A DNA stretch of 64,000 nt, taken from IMG/VR virus record IMGVR_UViG_3300050335_000078. The stretch is one strand, 5' to 3'. This stretch comes from an uncultured virus (IMG/VR IMGVR_UViG_3300050335_000078). Taxonomy: Duplodnaviria > Heunggongvirae > Uroviricota > Caudoviricetes. Below are positions 45,114 through 55,191 of this stretch, piece by piece (position 1 is the stretch's first letter; each line of letters opens with the position of its first letter). A program made the translations under genes and the position numbers. Under the pieces are notes generated by a model, which saw only the letters and a list, made by a program, of their open reading frames with translations, searched no databases and was not told where the DNA came from.

Positions 45114-46715
45114 ATTCGCAAACTGAAGAAGTACAAACCAACCGCGTTTGTGGCACCAGATTCTGTTTACAACAAAACCGCCGCCGATTATGCCGTTTCC
45201 TTTATCGAGGCCCTCTCCCACACCAAAGGCTCCTGGGCCGGTAAGCCCTTTGAACTTATCGACTGGCAGGAACAGATTGTCCGGGATGTTTTCGGCGTTA
45301 TCAAACCCAACGGATACCGCCAGTTCAATACCGCTTATGTGGAGATACCCAAGAAAATGGGTAAGTCTGAGCTTGCCGCTGCCATAGCACTTCTGCTCAC
45401 CTGCGGCGATAACGAAGAACGTGCCGAGGTGTACGGCTGCGCAGCAGACAGGCAGCAAGCATCCATCGTATTTGAGGTTGCGGCGGACATGGTTCGGATG
45501 TGCCCTGCCCTATCCCGGCGTGTCAAACTGCTGGCTTCCACGAAACGGTTGGTGTACTTGCCGACCAACAGCTTCTATCAGGTGTTGTCGGCTGAGGCAT
45601 ATTCGAAACACGGCTTTAACATCCACGGTGTGGTGTTTGACGAACTGCATACACAGCCGAACCGGAAGCTGTTTGACGTCATGACCAAAGGCTCCGGCGA
45701 TGCGCGTACACAGCCGCTTTACTTCCTTATCACTACGGCCGGAACTGACACAAACAGCATCTGCTATGAGACGCACCAGAAAGCGCTGGACATCCTTGAG
45801 GGCCGTAAACACGACCCTACCTTCTACCCTGTGATTTTCGGTGCGAAGGAAGACGAAGACTGGACTGACCCAAAGGTGTGGAAAAAAGCGAATCCGTCGC
45901 TTGGCATTACGGTGGGTATTGACAAGGTAAAGGCCGCATGCGAATCGGCGAAGCAGAACCCCACCGAGGAGAACAGTTTCCGGCAGCTTCGTTTAAATCA
46001 GTGGGTAAAACAAGCCATCCGCTGGATGCCGATGGCGAAATGGGATGCCTGCTCGTTTCCAGTCAACGCGGATAGCCTTGAAGGGCGTGTCTGCTATGGC
46101 GGGCTTGACCTCTCATCCACCACAGACATCACAGCGTTCGTGCTGGTGTTCCCGCCGGAGGATGAAACGGACAAATACATCGTCCTACCGTTCTTCTGGA
46201 TGCCGGAAGATAACATCGACTTGCGTGTCCGGCGTGACCATGTGCAGTACGACCTCTGGGTGAAGCAAGGATATTTGCTAACCACTGAGGGAAATGTGGT
46301 GCATTACGGCTTTATCGAGCAATTCATAGAAAAGCTTGGCGAGCGGTACAACATCCGTGAAATCGCCTTTGACCGCTGGGGCGCTGTGCAGATGGTACAA
46401 AACCTCGAAGGAATGGGCTTCACAGTAGTTCCTTTCGGTCAGGGTTTCAAGGACATGTCGCCGCCCACCAAGGAACTGATGAAACTCACGTTGGAAGAAA
46501 GAATTGCGCATAGTGGTCATCCTGTGTTGCGTTGGATGATGGATAACATCTTTATCCGTACAGACCCGGCGGGCAACATTAAGCCGGACAAAGAAAAATC
46601 TACCGAAAGAATCGATGGCGCGGTGGCAACGATCATGGCACTCGACCGGGCGCTCCGGAATGGAGGCAGCCCCGGAGCTTCAGTTTACGATGAAAGGGGG
46701 TTATTGGTGTTGTGA
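45114..46715 (+). CDS. Terminase large subunit (probable ATT start at 45114; first canonical start GTG 45150)
   Basis: PKKMGKSE, FDELH, GGLDLS, RIDGAVA. Confidence 0.93.
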   Translation: MRKLKKYKPTAFVAPDSVYNKTAADYAVSFIEALSHTKGSWAGKPFELIDWQEQIVRDVFGVIKPNGYRQFNTAYVEIPKKMGKSELAAAIALLLTCGDNEERAEVYGCAADRQQASIVFEVAADMVRMCPALSRRVKLLASTKRLVYLPTNSFYQVLSAEAYSKHGFNIHGVVFDELHTQPNRKLFDVMTKGSGDARTQPLYFLITTAGTDTNSICYETHQKALDILEGRKHDPTFYPVIFGAKEDEDWTDPKVWKKANPSLGITVGIDKVKAACESAKQNPTEENSFRQLRLNQWVKQAIRWMPMAKWDACSFPVNADSLEGRVCYGGLDLSSTTDITAFVLVFPPEDETDKYIVLPFFWMPEDNIDLRVRRDHVQYDLWVKQGYLLTTEGNVVHYGFIEQFIEKLGERYNIREIAFDRWGAVQMVQNLEGMGFTVVPFGQGFKDMSPPTKELMKLTLEERIAHSGHPVLRWMMDNIFIRTDPAGNIKPDKEKSTERIDGAVATIMALDRALRNGGSPGASVYDERGLLVL

Positions 46716-47953
46716 GTATATTTTCAAGCTTGCTTAAAGCGCGGGACAAGCCCAAAAACCGTCTGCCGGGCAGTGACTACAGCTTCTTCTTTGGCCGAAC
46801 CACCAGCGGAAAAGCGGTCAATGAACGAACAGCCTTGCAGACGACGGCGGTGTACGCATGTGTCAGGATACTTGCAGAAGCGATTGCAGGGCTTCCACTG
46901 CACGTTTATAGATATAAGCCGGACGGCGGCAAGGAAAAAGTGCTGAACCACCCCCTGTACTATCTGCTCCACACGGAGCCGAACCCAGAGATGACTTCAT
47001 TTGTGTTCCGGGAAACACTGATGGGTCATCTTTTACTTTGGGGCAACGCTTACGCGCAGATCATCCGGGACGGTGCGGGACGGGTGCTGGCGCTCTATCC
47101 CCTGCTGCCCGGCAAAATGACCGTAGACAGAACGGCCAACGGCCAGCTTTTTTATGAGCACCGTACAGATACCGGCTCGGTGGTCCTGCGCCCGGAAGAC
47201 GTGTTGCATATCCCCGGCCTTGGTTTCGATGGACTCATCGGCTACTCTCCCATAGCCATGGCTAAGAACGCCATCGGTATGGCAATCGCGTGTGAGGAAT
47301 ACGGCGCGTCGTTCTTTGCCAACGGCGCAAACCCCGGCGGCGTGCTGGAGCATCCGGGCGTCGTAAAAGACCCGAAGCGCGTACGGGAAAGCTGGAACAC
47401 CGTGTATCAGGGCAGCGCCAACGCGCACCGCATCGCCGTCCTCGAAGAAGGCATGAAATTTCAGGCAGTCGGCATCCCTCCCGAACAGGCGCAGTTCTTA
47501 GAGACACGCAAGTTTCAGATCAACGAGATCGCCCGCATCTTCCGTGTGCCGCCTCACATGGTCGGTGACCTTGAGAAGTCCAGCTTCAGCAACATTGAGC
47601 AGCAGTCGTTGGAGTTTGTCAAATACACGCTCGACCCATGGGTGGTGCGCTGGGAGCAGGCCATCCAAAAGGCGCTCCTCCTGCCATCCGAGAAGGCCAC
47701 ATATTTCGCAAAATTCAATGTTGACGGATTGCTCCGGGGCGACTACGCCAGCCGCATGACCGGTTACGCCACCGGACGGCAGAATGGCTGGCTGTCAGCC
47801 AATGACATACGTGAACTGGAGGACATGAACAGGATACCTGCGGAAGATGGCGGCGACCTGTACCTGATCAATGGCAACATGACCAAACTTGCGGAAGCCG
47901 GCGCTTTTGCCAACAAGAATACTCAAAAGACGGAGGTAAAGAAAAATGCATAG
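46712..47953 (+). CDS. HK97-type portal protein
   Basis: AVYACVRILAE, IARIFRVPP, NDIRELED. Confidence 0.93.
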   Translation: MSIFSSLLKARDKPKNRLPGSDYSFFFGRTTSGKAVNERTALQTTAVYACVRILAEAIAGLPLHVYRYKPDGGKEKVLNHPLYYLLHTEPNPEMTSFVFRETLMGHLLLWGNAYAQIIRDGAGRVLALYPLLPGKMTVDRTANGQLFYEHRTDTGSVVLRPEDVLHIPGLGFDGLIGYSPIAMAKNAIGMAIACEEYGASFFANGANPGGVLEHPGVVKDPKRVRESWNTVYQGSANAHRIAVLEEGMKFQAVGIPPEQAQFLETRKFQINEIARIFRVPPHMVGDLEKSSFSNIEQQSLEFVKYTLDPWVVRWEQAIQKALLLPSEKATYFAKFNVDGLLRGDYASRMTGYATGRQNGWLSANDIRELEDMNRIPAEDGGDLYLINGNMTKLAEAGAFANKNTQKTEVKKNA

Positions 47954-48641
47954 GAAATTCTGGAACTGGGTCAGAAACGAAGACGGTGCCCGGACGCTGT
48001 ATCTGGACGGTGCTATCGCAGAAGAGAGCTGGCTCGGAGATGAAATAACCCCCAAGCAGTTTAAATCGGAACTGGTATCGGGAGACGGTGACATTACGAT
48101 TTGGATCAACAGCCCCGGCGGCGACGTCTTCGCGGCAAGCCAGATTTACAACATGCTCATGGAATACAAAGGCAACGTGACCGTGAAGATCGACGGCATC
48201 GCGGCCAGCGCCGCGTCGGTCATCGCGATGGCGGGCGGCGAAGTCCTTATGTCGCCAGTTAGTATGCTCATGATCCATAATCCCATGACCATCGCCATCG
48301 GTGACACGGAAGAAATGGAAAAGGCCATCGCCATGCTGGCAGAGGTCAAGGAGAGCATCATCAACGCGTATGAGATCAAGTCCGGGCTGTCCCGCGCGAG
48401 AATTTCACACCTGATGGACGCAGAAAGCTGGTTCAACGCGAAAAAGGCGGTGGAACTTGGGTTTGCCGACGATATCCTTTTCACCGGCGAAGCACCGCCG
48501 GGTACTGAGGTTTCTGACGGTCTTATTTTCAGCCGTCAGGCGGTCACAAATTCCATACTGCGAAAGCTGCCACAGAAAGAAAAGATCACCGGTACCCCCA
48601 TCGAGTCGCTCCAAAAGCGGCTTTTTTTATTGAAACCTTAA
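47946..48641 (+). CDS. ClpP-like head maturation protease
   Basis: INSPGG, AASAAS, MIHNP. Confidence 0.93.
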   Translation: MHRKFWNWVRNEDGARTLYLDGAIAEESWLGDEITPKQFKSELVSGDGDITIWINSPGGDVFAASQIYNMLMEYKGNVTVKIDGIAASAASVIAMAGGEVLMSPVSMLMIHNPMTIAIGDTEEMEKAIAMLAEVKESIINAYEIKSGLSRARISHLMDAESWFNAKKAVELGFADDILFTGEAPPGTEVSDGLIFSRQAVTNSILRKLPQKEKITGTPIESLQKRLFLLKP

Positions 48642-48653
48642 GGAGGAATTGAA

Positions 48654-49859
48654 ATGAATAAAACACTTGAATTGCGCGAGAAGCGCGCCAAAGCCTGGGA
48701 AGCCGCAAAGGCTTTTTTAGATTCCAAACGTGGCAGCGACGGCCTGCTTTCGGCTGAGGACACTGCGGCCTATGAGAAGATGGAAGCGGATGTGGTAGCT
48801 CTGGGCAAGGAAATCGACCGGCTGGAGCGTCAGGCAGCACTTGATCTGGAACTCGCGAAGGCAACCAGCAACCCCATCACCAATACCCCTTCCAAATGCG
48901 CCGACGAAAAAACCGGACGCGCGTCTTCCGAATACAAGCGCGCGTTCTGGAACGCTATGCGCACCCGTGCCGGCGAGGGCCTTGAGCCGGTTGTGAAAAA
49001 CGCCCTGCAGATCGGCACCGACACCGAAGGCGGTTATCTTGTACCGGATGAGTTTGAGCGCACCCTTGTGGATGCGTTGGAAGAAGAGAATATTTTCCGC
49101 AAACTGGCGAATGTCATTACGACCTCTTCCGGTGACCGAAAAATACCGGTCGTTGCCTCCAAGGGTACGGCTTCCTGGATTGATGAGGAAGGCGCCATTC
49201 CTGAAAGCGACGACAGCTTCGGTCAGGTTTCCATTGGCGCGTACAAGCTGGGAACTATGATCAAAGTCTCCGAGGAACTTTTAAACGATAACGTATTCAA
49301 TCTTGAGACTTATATTTCCAAAGAATTCGCCCGGCGAATCGGAAACAAGGAAGAAGAATCCTTCTTCATCGGCGACGGTTCAGGCAAACCGACCGGCATT
49401 CTCGCGGCAACCGGCGGCGCGCAGCTCGGCGTGACTACGGCAGGCGCCACTGCTATCACCGTAGATGAGGTGTTCGACCTGTTCTATTCGCTGAAGGCAC
49501 CATACCGCAACAAAGCCGTGTTTATCATGAACGACTCCACCGTCAAAGCGATTCGCAAACTGAAGGACGGGCAGGGACAGTACCTCTGGCAGCCGTCGAT
49601 CACGGCGGGCACGCCGGATACCATACTGAACCGACCGGTCAAAACCTCGGCGTATGTACCCGCGATTGCCGCGGCAGCCAAGACCATTGTGGTCGGCGAC
49701 TTCAGTTACTACTGGGTGGCTGACCGCCAGGGCAGGGTGTTCAAAAGGCTCAACGAACTGTATGCGGCTACAGGCCAGGTCGGCTTTATCGCCACTCAGC
49801 GCGTTGACGGCAAACTCATACTGCCAGAAGCGATTAAGGTGCTTCAGCAGAAGGCTTAA
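48654..49859 (+). CDS. HK97-fold major capsid protein
   Basis: GGYLVPDEF, KLKDGQGQYLW, RVDG. Confidence 0.93.
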   Translation: MNKTLELREKRAKAWEAAKAFLDSKRGSDGLLSAEDTAAYEKMEADVVALGKEIDRLERQAALDLELAKATSNPITNTPSKCADEKTGRASSEYKRAFWNAMRTRAGEGLEPVVKNALQIGTDTEGGYLVPDEFERTLVDALEEENIFRKLANVITTSSGDRKIPVVASKGTASWIDEEGAIPESDDSFGQVSIGAYKLGTMIKVSEELLNDNVFNLETYISKEFARRIGNKEEESFFIGDGSGKPTGILAATGGAQLGVTTAGATAITVDEVFDLFYSLKAPYRNKAVFIMNDSTVKAIRKLKDGQGQYLWQPSITAGTPDTILNRPVKTSAYVPAIAAAAKTIVVGDFSYYWVADRQGRVFKRLNELYAATGQVGFIATQRVDGKLILPEAIKVLQQKA

Positions 49860-49871
49860 CGGAGGTGTGTC

Positions 49872-50084
49872 ATGAGCTATAACTCAAAAAACTACACCGA
49901 GCAGGGCGGCGGAAAGACGGTGATCGGCGGAACACTGGAGATCGCGGAAGGCGGACATGTCACTGGGCTGCCAAAGGCTGAGTTTCAGGCGGACAGCACT
50001 GCCGCGGACACAGCGGCGTTGGTAGCCGACTTTAACGCTCTGCTTGCAAAGCTCATTGCGGCAGGCCTGATGGCGTCTGAATAA
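49872..50084 (+). CDS. Head fibre/decoration-like protein
   Basis: YNSKNYTEQGG...DFNALLAKL; position. Confidence 0.7.
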   Translation: MSYNSKNYTEQGGGKTVIGGTLEIAEGGHVTGLPKAEFQADSTAADTAALVADFNALLAKLIAAGLMASE

Positions 50085-50089
50085 CGGAG

Positions 50090-50374
50090 GTGAGCGCGTT
50101 GCTCGTCACACTTGAAAAAACAAAAGAATGGCTGAGAGTCGAGTCCAATGACGAGGACGCGCTCATTGAAAGCTTCATCACGGCAGCGGAGGATATCGTG
50201 GGCGGTATCCTCCGTTTTCCGCTGAGCGAACTATCGGAAGTACCTGAAACCGTAAATCAGGCCATATATTACGCGGTTTCAGTTATGTATGAGCAACGCG
50301 AAAGCCTCGATATCGCCGCGCTGATAAATACGCTCCGCGGGATGCTTTTCGCCTACAGGGAGGATGCGTGGTGA
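50090..50374 (+). CDS. Head-tail connector (gp6-like)
   Basis: LEKTKEWLRV...EDALI...YEQRE. Confidence 0.85.
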   Translation: MSALLVTLEKTKEWLRVESNDEDALIESFITAAEDIVGGILRFPLSELSEVPETVNQAIYYAVSVMYEQRESLDIAALINTLRGMLFAYREDAW

Positions 50375-50694
50375 TGAAGATCGGGGATTTGCGGTACCGG
50401 GTGGTACTCCAGAAAAAAGAGATTACAGAAGATGAATTGAAGCAGCAATCGGAAACCTGGGTGGATATAGCCACGGTATGGTCGGCCATCGAGCCGCTTT
50501 CCGGCAGGGAGTATTTCTCGGCCGGACAGGCCAACGCCGAGATTTCGGCAAAAATCACGATCCGCTACCGGAAGGATGTGACGCCGGATACGCGCGTGGT
50601 TTTTTACAACAGGATTTTCGAGGTGCTGTCGGTTATCAACCCCAAGGAACGGCGCGAATCGCTGGTTTTGATGTGCAGGGAGGCAATGGTATGA
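50374..50694 (+). CDS. Head closure protein
   Basis: IGDLRYRV...W..I.PLSGRE...ITIRY. Confidence 0.85.
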   Translation: MKIGDLRYRVVLQKKEITEDELKQQSETWVDIATVWSAIEPLSGREYFSAGQANAEISAKITIRYRKDVTPDTRVVFYNRIFEVLSVINPKERRESLVLMCREAMV

Positions 50695-51071
50695 CGAATA
50701 TCGACGGGCTGGCAGACGCCATTATGGACGTCATGCAGGAGTACACCGAAGAGGTGGAGGAAGCAATCCCTGAGATTGTGGATAGCACGGCGGACGCGAT
50801 GGTCAGGGAAATCCGCACGGCCGCGCCCAAGCGTAAAGGCAAATATGCCAAAGGCTGGACAGTCCGGCAGCTTGGAGAAAGAACCCGCTCCAAAGAAGGA
50901 TACGCCAAGCTGGTCTGCAACCCCAAGCGCTACTCTATCGCCCACCTTGTTGAGTACGGCCACGCCAAGCGCGGCGGTGGCAGGGTCGCGGGAAAACCGC
51001 ACATCCGCCCTGCCTGCGACAGGCTGCTGCCGGAGTTTGAAAAGAAAATCGAGGAGGCGGTGAAACGATGA
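50691..51071 (+). CDS. HK97 gp10-like tail completion protein
   Basis: HLVEYGH...PHIRPA; start ATG 50691. Confidence 0.82.
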   Translation: MTNIDGLADAIMDVMQEYTEEVEEAIPEIVDSTADAMVREIRTAAPKRKGKYAKGWTVRQLGERTRSKEGYAKLVCNPKRYSIAHLVEYGHAKRGGGRVAGKPHIRPACDRLLPEFEKKIEEAVKR

Positions 51072-51400
51072 GCGCGTATCTGGCTCAGATACTATCTGAA
51101 GCCGGTATTCCGGTCACCCGCGGCGGCTTTAAGAAAGCGCAGGCTCTACCGTACATAGTTTATGTGTTCTCACACTCGAACAACTTTTCCGCGGATTCAA
51201 AGGTTTATCTGAAGCGGGACAACTACCAAATCGAACTGTACACGGAGAAAAAGGACATTGCCCTTGAGGAACGACTCGAGGGCATTTTTGATGAACACGG
51301 CCTTGTGTACGACAAGACCGAAACGTACCTCGAAAGCGAAAAGCTCATCGAGGTGTTATACGAAATACAGCTGATCGGAGGACAAACAAATGCCGGATAA
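51068..51400 (+). CDS. Tail terminator-like protein
   Basis: PYIVY...QIELYTEKKD; position. Confidence 0.75.
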   Translation: MSAYLAQILSEAGIPVTRGGFKKAQALPYIVYVFSHSNNFSADSKVYLKRDNYQIELYTEKKDIALEERLEGIFDEHGLVYDKTETYLESEKLIEVLYEIQLIGGQTNAG

Positions 51401-51950
51401 TAAAGTCAAGTTCGGGCTGCGAAATGCCCATTACGCTAAAGTCACCGAATCCGGGTATGCGATACCGGTGGCATTTCCGGGTCAGGTGTCACTGACATTA
51501 AAGCCCAAGGGCGAGCGCGCGGAGTTCTATGCGGATGACGTCGCCTATTTTACCAAAGACGCCAATCAAGGCTACGAGGGCGAGATGACCATTGCGGACA
51601 TCCCGCCTTCTTTTCTGAAAGACTGCCTTGGATTTACTCAGGACGACAACGGCGCCATTTTCGAGCACATGGACGCAATCCAATCACCGTTTGCCCTTTT
51701 GTTTGAGGTCCAGGGCGACCTGCAACCCAGACGGTTTGTTTTTTATGAGTGCCTGGCTTCCCGTCCGAACGTGGACGCGAACACCGTCAAAGGTACAATC
51801 GAGCCGACCGCAGACACGCTGTCCTTTGTGGCGACGCCTCGGCAGCTTGACGGCATGGTCAAAGCTGTTCTGGTAAAGAGTGCTTTAAATGAAACGGCGT
51901 ATTCAGGCTTCTACACATCGGTGTATGAATTCGCTGCGCCTGCAGGCTGA
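51390..51950 (+). CDS. Major tail protein (phi13-like)
   Basis: NKVKFGL, FYADD, NQGYEG, FALLFE. Confidence 0.87.
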   Translation: MPDNKVKFGLRNAHYAKVTESGYAIPVAFPGQVSLTLKPKGERAEFYADDVAYFTKDANQGYEGEMTIADIPPSFLKDCLGFTQDDNGAIFEHMDAIQSPFALLFEVQGDLQPRRFVFYECLASRPNVDANTVKGTIEPTADTLSFVATPRQLDGMVKAVLVKSALNETAYSGFYTSVYEFAAPAG

Positions 51951-51961
51951 GGTGATTAAAC

Positions 51962-52378
51962 ATGCAGAGAACAATCAAAATCAACGGACAGAATTTGCCG
52001 CTGAAACCATCGGCTAATTTTATGTTCTATTACCGCCACGCACGGTTATCCGGCGAAGAAACGCCGGACTTCCAGTCCGACCTTAAACGGCTGGCGGACA
52101 TGGAGAAAATGCAGGGCGAGCTCAAGGGTATCGACAGCACGAACGCGCTGGACATTCTGCAGCGGACGAACATTTTCGAGTTCAGCGCCATCATCCGAAG
52201 AATGCTCTGGACGTTCGCGTACGCAGCCAACAAAAGCATCCTGCCTTTCGAGGATTGGTGCGACGCGCTTTTCGAGTATGACACAACCGAAGCCTCGAAA
52301 ACAGTAATGGATCTGGTGAACGACAATTTTTTTCTTATGCTGGGCGTGGCGAAGCCCAGGGGAATTCAAAACACGTAG
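51962..52378 (+). CDS. Tail assembly chaperone (gpG-like)
   Basis: Between MTP and TMP; slippery T7 near its end. Confidence 0.8.
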   Translation: MQRTIKINGQNLPLKPSANFMFYYRHARLSGEETPDFQSDLKRLADMEKMQGELKGIDSTNALDILQRTNIFEFSAIIRRMLWTFAYAANKSILPFEDWCDALFEYDTTEASKTVMDLVNDNFFLMLGVAKPRGIQNT

Positions 52379-52542
52379 ACTGGCGGGACGCCTTGTATCT
52401 GGGCAAGTCGGCTGGGCTTTCACTCCATGAACTGGACGAGATGACTTTCTCCGACTTGCTTTCATATGTCGGGTTTTTGACGGAAGCAAAAAGCAAAACA
52501 AAAGAAGCTACTCAGGCGGATATCGACCAACTGGCTATATAG
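52333..52542 (+). CDS. Tail assembly chaperone -1 frameshift extension (gpT-like)
   Basis: Open -1 frame after T TTT TTT (52327-52333): ...GLSLHELDEMT...EATQADIDQLAI*. Confidence 0.75.
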   Translation, partial: SYAGRGEAQGNSKHVDWRDALYLGKSAGLSLHELDEMTFSDLLSYVGFLTEAKSKTKEATQADIDQLAI

Positions 52543-52557
52543 AGAGGAGGGATTCAT

Positions 52558-55179
52558 TTGGCGGCAAGCATCAAGGGTATAACGATAGAAATCGGCGCAA
52601 ACACCACAGGACTCGGCAAAGCGCTCGAGGACGTCAATAAGAAGTCGCGCAGCCTGCAGAGCGAACTGAAACAAGTGGCTTCCCTCCTGAAACTGAATCC
52701 GGGCAACACCGAGCTGGTAGCGCAGAAACAGGAACTCCTCGCTAAAGCGGTATCCAACGCGAAGGAAAAACTGGAGACTCTCCGCGTGGCACAGGCACAG
52801 GTGGAGCAGCAGTTTGCCAGCGGGAAGATATCGGATGAGCAATACCGCGCGTTTACCCGCGAGGTCGCCAAAGCTGAAGGTGAGGTCAATAAGTTTGAGC
52901 AAGAACTCAGTCAGCTTGGCTCCGCCGCTGAGCAGGCAGACGGCAAGGTTGCGGATGTCGGCGATAAGGCGCAGGCTGCCGGGCGAGAGATGGATAACGC
53001 GGCCGAAAAAGCTCACAGGTTCTCCGGCGTGCTTTCCGGCATCGCGGGCGGCATCGGGAAAGCCGCCGCTGCTGGGATTGCTGCGGTAGGCGCCACTGCC
53101 GCGGCTGCCGGAGCCGCTGTGGTCAAGATGACGCTGGACGCGGGCGAAGCGGCGGACGAGCTGATTACGCTGTCCAACATGACGGACATAAGTACCAAAA
53201 CGCTGCAGGAGATGGAATACGCTGCGCGGTTTGTGGATGTTCCGCTGGAAACAATGACGGATTCCATGTTCAAGCTCACTAAGAGTATGGACGCAGCCAG
53301 AACCGGCACGGGAGCGCAGGCCGACGCGTTTAAAGCATTGGGCATAGCGACAACCAACGCTGACGGGAGCCTGAAAAACAGCAAGCAGGTGTGGCTGGAT
53401 ACCATTGACGCTTTGGGCAGGGTGACTAACGAAACCGAGCGCGACGCTCTGGCGATGCAGCTGTTCGGGAAGAACGCCAAAGAACTTAATCCCCTAATCG
53501 CTGCCGGGTCGGACGAACTCTCCCGGCTGGCGGATGAAGCCAATGAACTCGGCGTAGTACTAAGCGACGAAAGCGTCACGGCGCTTGGTGAATTCGACGA
53601 CAAGATGCAGCGGCTCAAAGCCACGGGTACGGCGCTGACACAGACGCTGGGCGCAGCGGTCACCCCCGCTTTGGGTGTGCTGTCGGATAATCTGCGTTTG
53701 GTCGCGTCGTCAGTGTCCGAAGCGATACAGACCGGAAACTGGGATCACGTCGGCGACACAATATCCGCTATGCTTTCGGACATCGGCAGCCGAATCACAA
53801 ACGCCCTTCCCAGGATTGCTGAACAAGGCGCGAAGATACTTGGGAGCCTGGCCGAATCAATCATTGCCAGCCTACCCCAAGTGCTGCCCTCGCTGCTGTC
53901 CGCTGCTCTGGAGATATTTCAGAGTATTATAAGCGCCATTGCTGCGAATGGCCCGGCTCTGGCTAAAATGGTCGTAGACATGGTGTCCCAGATTGCTGTA
54001 TTTATACTTAAAAACCTGCCAGTCATTATTGCTGCAGGTATTCAAATACTGATTGCACTGATACAAGGCATCACGCAGAGCATCCCCCAGCTTATACCGG
54101 CGATTGTTTCGGCCGTCACGCAGATATTGCAGACGATTATACAAAACCTGCCGCTCATTATTCAGGCGGGATTGCAGCTCATATTGGCGCTTGTTCAGGG
54201 CATCATGGACAATCTGCCGACGCTTATCACTGCTATTATCAACATGATTCCCATGCTTGTCACGGCAATTATGGAAAGCCTGCCGCTTATCATCGAAGCG
54301 GGCGTGCAGATACTGCTGGCTGTTGTAAACGGTATCGTGGCTTCACTGCCGGTATTGATACAGGCCGTTATCGACATGATCCCAATGGTGGTAACGGCAA
54401 TCGTGGAAAACCTGCCGCAGATCATCGAGGCGGGTATTCAGATCCTGCTGTCATTGATATTGGGAATCATAGACGCGCTGCCGAAACTAATTACCTGCAT
54501 TATTGAGATGATACCGAAGATCGTAAAAGCGATTGTGGACAATCTGCCCAAGATAATCGAGGCAGGAATTAAGATCATTCTGGCTGTCATCAAGGGCATC
54601 ATCGAGGCGATACCGCAGCTGATAAAGGGGATCATCGATATGATCCCGCAGATTGTTCAGGCCATTATCGATAATCTGCCGCTCATAATAGAGGCAGGCA
54701 TTGAGATTGTCTGGGCACTCATCAAGGGCATTGGTGAGGCAGCATGGAACCTCATTAAAGCCGCCGGGAATCTTGCCTGGGATTTCATCAAAGGAATCTG
54801 GGAAGGCATCAAGTCTGCTGCCGACTGGCTTTGGCAGAAGATATCGGGCTTCTTCAACGGCATCGTGGATGGCGTCAAGGACCTACTGGGTATTCATTCG
54901 CCGTCCGTTGTGTTTGCGGGCATCGGCAAGAACATGGGACTTGGGCTCGCGGAAGGCATCACGGGAAGTGTGTCGCTGGTTGACCGGGCGATGAATAAAC
55001 TTAACGCCGCTGTCGACGGCGCGAAAACTGATATTGCAATCGCCGGACAATTTGGAGGCAACGCGCCTGTTGCGGCTGGAAACAGCGTGACGCTCAACAT
55101 TCAAACGTCAACGCTGGACGAAGGGCAGATCAGCATGCTGGTGAACGTGGTGAACCGCAGGCTCGGCCTGGCGTATTAA
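52558..55179 (+). CDS. Tape measure protein
   Basis: IKGITIEIG start, repeated NLPxIIEAG units, LGIHSPS. Confidence 0.92.
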   Translation: MAASIKGITIEIGANTTGLGKALEDVNKKSRSLQSELKQVASLLKLNPGNTELVAQKQELLAKAVSNAKEKLETLRVAQAQVEQQFASGKISDEQYRAFTREVAKAEGEVNKFEQELSQLGSAAEQADGKVADVGDKAQAAGREMDNAAEKAHRFSGVLSGIAGGIGKAAAAGIAAVGATAAAAGAAVVKMTLDAGEAADELITLSNMTDISTKTLQEMEYAARFVDVPLETMTDSMFKLTKSMDAARTGTGAQADAFKALGIATTNADGSLKNSKQVWLDTIDALGRVTNETERDALAMQLFGKNAKELNPLIAAGSDELSRLADEANELGVVLSDESVTALGEFDDKMQRLKATGTALTQTLGAAVTPALGVLSDNLRLVASSVSEAIQTGNWDHVGDTISAMLSDIGSRITNALPRIAEQGAKILGSLAESIIASLPQVLPSLLSAALEIFQSIISAIAANGPALAKMVVDMVSQIAVFILKNLPVIIAAGIQILIALIQGITQSIPQLIPAIVSAVTQILQTIIQNLPLIIQAGLQLILALVQGIMDNLPTLITAIINMIPMLVTAIMESLPLIIEAGVQILLAVVNGIVASLPVLIQAVIDMIPMVVTAIVENLPQIIEAGIQILLSLILGIIDALPKLITCIIEMIPKIVKAIVDNLPKIIEAGIKIILAVIKGIIEAIPQLIKGIIDMIPQIVQAIIDNLPLIIEAGIEIVWALIKGIGEAAWNLIKAAGNLAWDFIKGIWEGIKSAADWLWQKISGFFNGIVDGVKDLLGIHSPSVVFAGIGKNMGLGLAEGITGSVSLVDRAMNKLNAAVDGAKTDIAIAGQFGGNAPVAAGNSVTLNIQTSTLDEGQISMLVNVVNRRLGLAY

Positions 55180-55191
55180 GGAGGTGGATGT

